Below the pieces are notes generated by a model. It had not been told where the DNA came from. It saw only the letters and a program-made list of their open reading frames with translations, and ran no database searches. 64,000 bases of DNA from an uncultured Gemmatimonadaceae bacterium. GTDB lineage: Bacteria > Gemmatimonadota > Gemmatimonadetes > Gemmatimonadales > Gemmatimonadaceae. Positions within the stretch are counted from its first letter, which is position 1. Every line of letters starts with the position of its first letter. Of the stretch, positions 62,421 through 64,000 are shown piece by piece. Position numbers and translations under genes: made by a program. Where the stretch lies: positions 320,001 through 384,000 of the forward strand of contig CAWHHI010000008.1 in assembly GCA_963829055.1 (NCBI GenBank), given 5' to 3'.

Positions 62421-63769
62421 CTACAACGTCTTCCTGTGGGGCTGTTGGACCTGGAGCAACGCGAGTGGAAGGCTCTCGCGCCGATGACGAGTGCCGCGTA
62501 CCCTCCAACGGTGCGCTCGGCCGAGCGTCCGACAGCGACCGCAAATGTCCCCGCTGTCACGATCAGAGCGCCGTGATCGCGGTTTCCATGAGCGACTCTT
62601 CTCGCCACGCTCGAAGGTAGCTTCCGAAAGACTGAGTAAGCAGCCATGCAAGGTTGGTCGCACCGACGACGAGAGATCCACCGGGCCGGTAGCGCCCGCG
62701 ATGCGACCGTCGGAGACAGACCTCCGACGAACGACACAACGGCTGCCGCGGCGATAGCTCCGCAAGTTGCGACGGCCACCGCTTGGAGCGTTGCCCTCGT
62801 CGCGAGGCGACGGAGTTCGATTGCGCCGCCGCGCGAAAGCAACAAGGCAGTACTGTGGGTATCTCGCCCGCAGCCACGCAATACTGAGCAGTCTAGCGGT
62901 GCCGTGGCAATTGCGAACGTCATGCCTACCCGCCCCGCCGCGACGGCGCCCTGTGTCACTAGAACGATCGCGGTGACGCTCTGTGGCGCCACCCACCGGC
63001 GAGCCATGTCGCGCCTGTGCGCCACTGCACTTCACCGAGCCCACCGGTTCTCTCAGTGCCGTGCCGGACCTGCGAGCGGCCTTCGACGACCAAGCCTGGG
63101 TGGCGTAAGCGAAGCCATCCCCCGTTATCGACACCCACGCAAGCGAAAACGCGGGCAACACCCCACGGGGCACCCAGCCCAAGAATCGCAATCCAGAGCG
63201 CTCAGGGCGGAGACCCACGTCTGTAGGAGCTCGCATCCGTTGCACACGAAGTAGGCCGCCGCAGCCCTCGATTGCACACAGCGATGGAATGAGCGGCAGG
63301 TACGCAGCCGTGACACCGCACCGTGATGCAGCCACGGCAGCAAAGCTGGTCGCCCAACCTCGCCCGCCTGTGGGAAGATCAACGCGATACTCCCCAACCG
63401 CATCCAACGACACCTAACGTCAATGCAACGCGGCCGTACCAGCGCTGCCCATCGTGTATCGCACGATGACACGCGAGCGCAGCGATGCGGAGTCGCCGGC
63501 CAACCCGCCGCGAGCATTCCATCGAGGAAAGCGGATTCATGGCTCGCCACCTGCACCATAAGCGTCCCGACGCCGAGCTCCATGAGCTGCGTCAGCGCCT
63601 GCAGGTTCCAGAGAATGAAAAATACTCCCTGTTCGGCAGGCGGTCGTCTGGTCGCGACGAGCCAAAGCGTCACTGGCGCTGCGAGTAGGAGCGACAACCG
63701 CGTCAGGAGAACGAACGCAACAGCAAGATCAAAGTGCGCAGCGGCCCTGCCCCGCCATGACATTGTCAT
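62421..63769 (-). CDS. Probable polysaccharide flippase (Wzx-like; frameshifted)
   Basis: Polytopic; EQGVFFIL..LQAL.QLMELG; located in a sugar-nucleotide cluster. Confidence 0.55.
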
Positions 63770-63818
63770 CGGATTTCTCGAGACCGACAGCTGAAAATCG
63801 CGATGCAATGGCTCTCGA

Positions 63819-64000
63819 CTAGTTGATCTCGTAGAGCGTGATAATAGCCCGGTCCTCGCCGAGCAACTCGCGAATCTGGCTGACGATTTCGGTCTGGAAC
63901 ACTCTTGAGAGAATCAAGATTGGCTCGCGTCTGCCTTGCAGTGCCGATGGTGCGACAATTGGTCGACCGGCCACGGTTCTTACCATGGTACTTGGTATTC
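63819..64000 (-). CDS. 3' end of a CDS, possibly a C-methyltransferase-type tail (partial)
   Basis: VAGRPIVAPSAL..PILILSRVFQTEIVSQI...EIN*; runs off the window. Confidence 0.4.
   Translation of the reverse strand, partial: IPSTMVRTVAGRPIVAPSALQGRREPILILSRVFQTEIVSQIRELLGEDRAIITLYEIN

Overview
High-GC bacterial DNA (roughly two-thirds GC by eye). The gene content (SusC/SusD pairs, BlaI plus M56-TonB fusion, TolB/TPR protein) suggests Gemmatimonadota; this is an inference. Single-base indels break many genes, including conserved ones, which looks like unpolished long-read error, so genes are reconstructed across frames and boundaries are approximate. In order, the window holds: alpha/beta hydrolase, ferredoxin, xanthine-dehydrogenase-family subunits, yhbY, M23 peptidase, a Tat protein, thiC with a TPP riboswitch, a four-helix-bundle gene inside a perfect 45-bp inverted repeat, aldo/keto reductase, two tandem SusC/SusD pairs, a glycosylation region (seven paralogous GT-C/GT87-like membrane proteins, a UbiA-type polyprenyl-phosphate phosphoribosyltransferase, GT2, methyltransferase) surrounding a full Tad/Flp pilus locus, BlaI/M56, an extra cpaB, a sufR-sufBCDS-Rieske-sufU operon, and the start of a polysaccharide cluster. 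The main unexplained signals are: (1) the heptamer CGTTAGG/CCTAACG, found at least 53 times on both strands and inside genes; (2) the seven-paralog GT-C array around the Tad locus; (3) an IVS-like four-helix-bundle cassette outside rRNA; (4) a family of GTCAT...ATGAC palindromic elements, some overlapping coding sequence; (5) a terminator-containing leader upstream of susC2.
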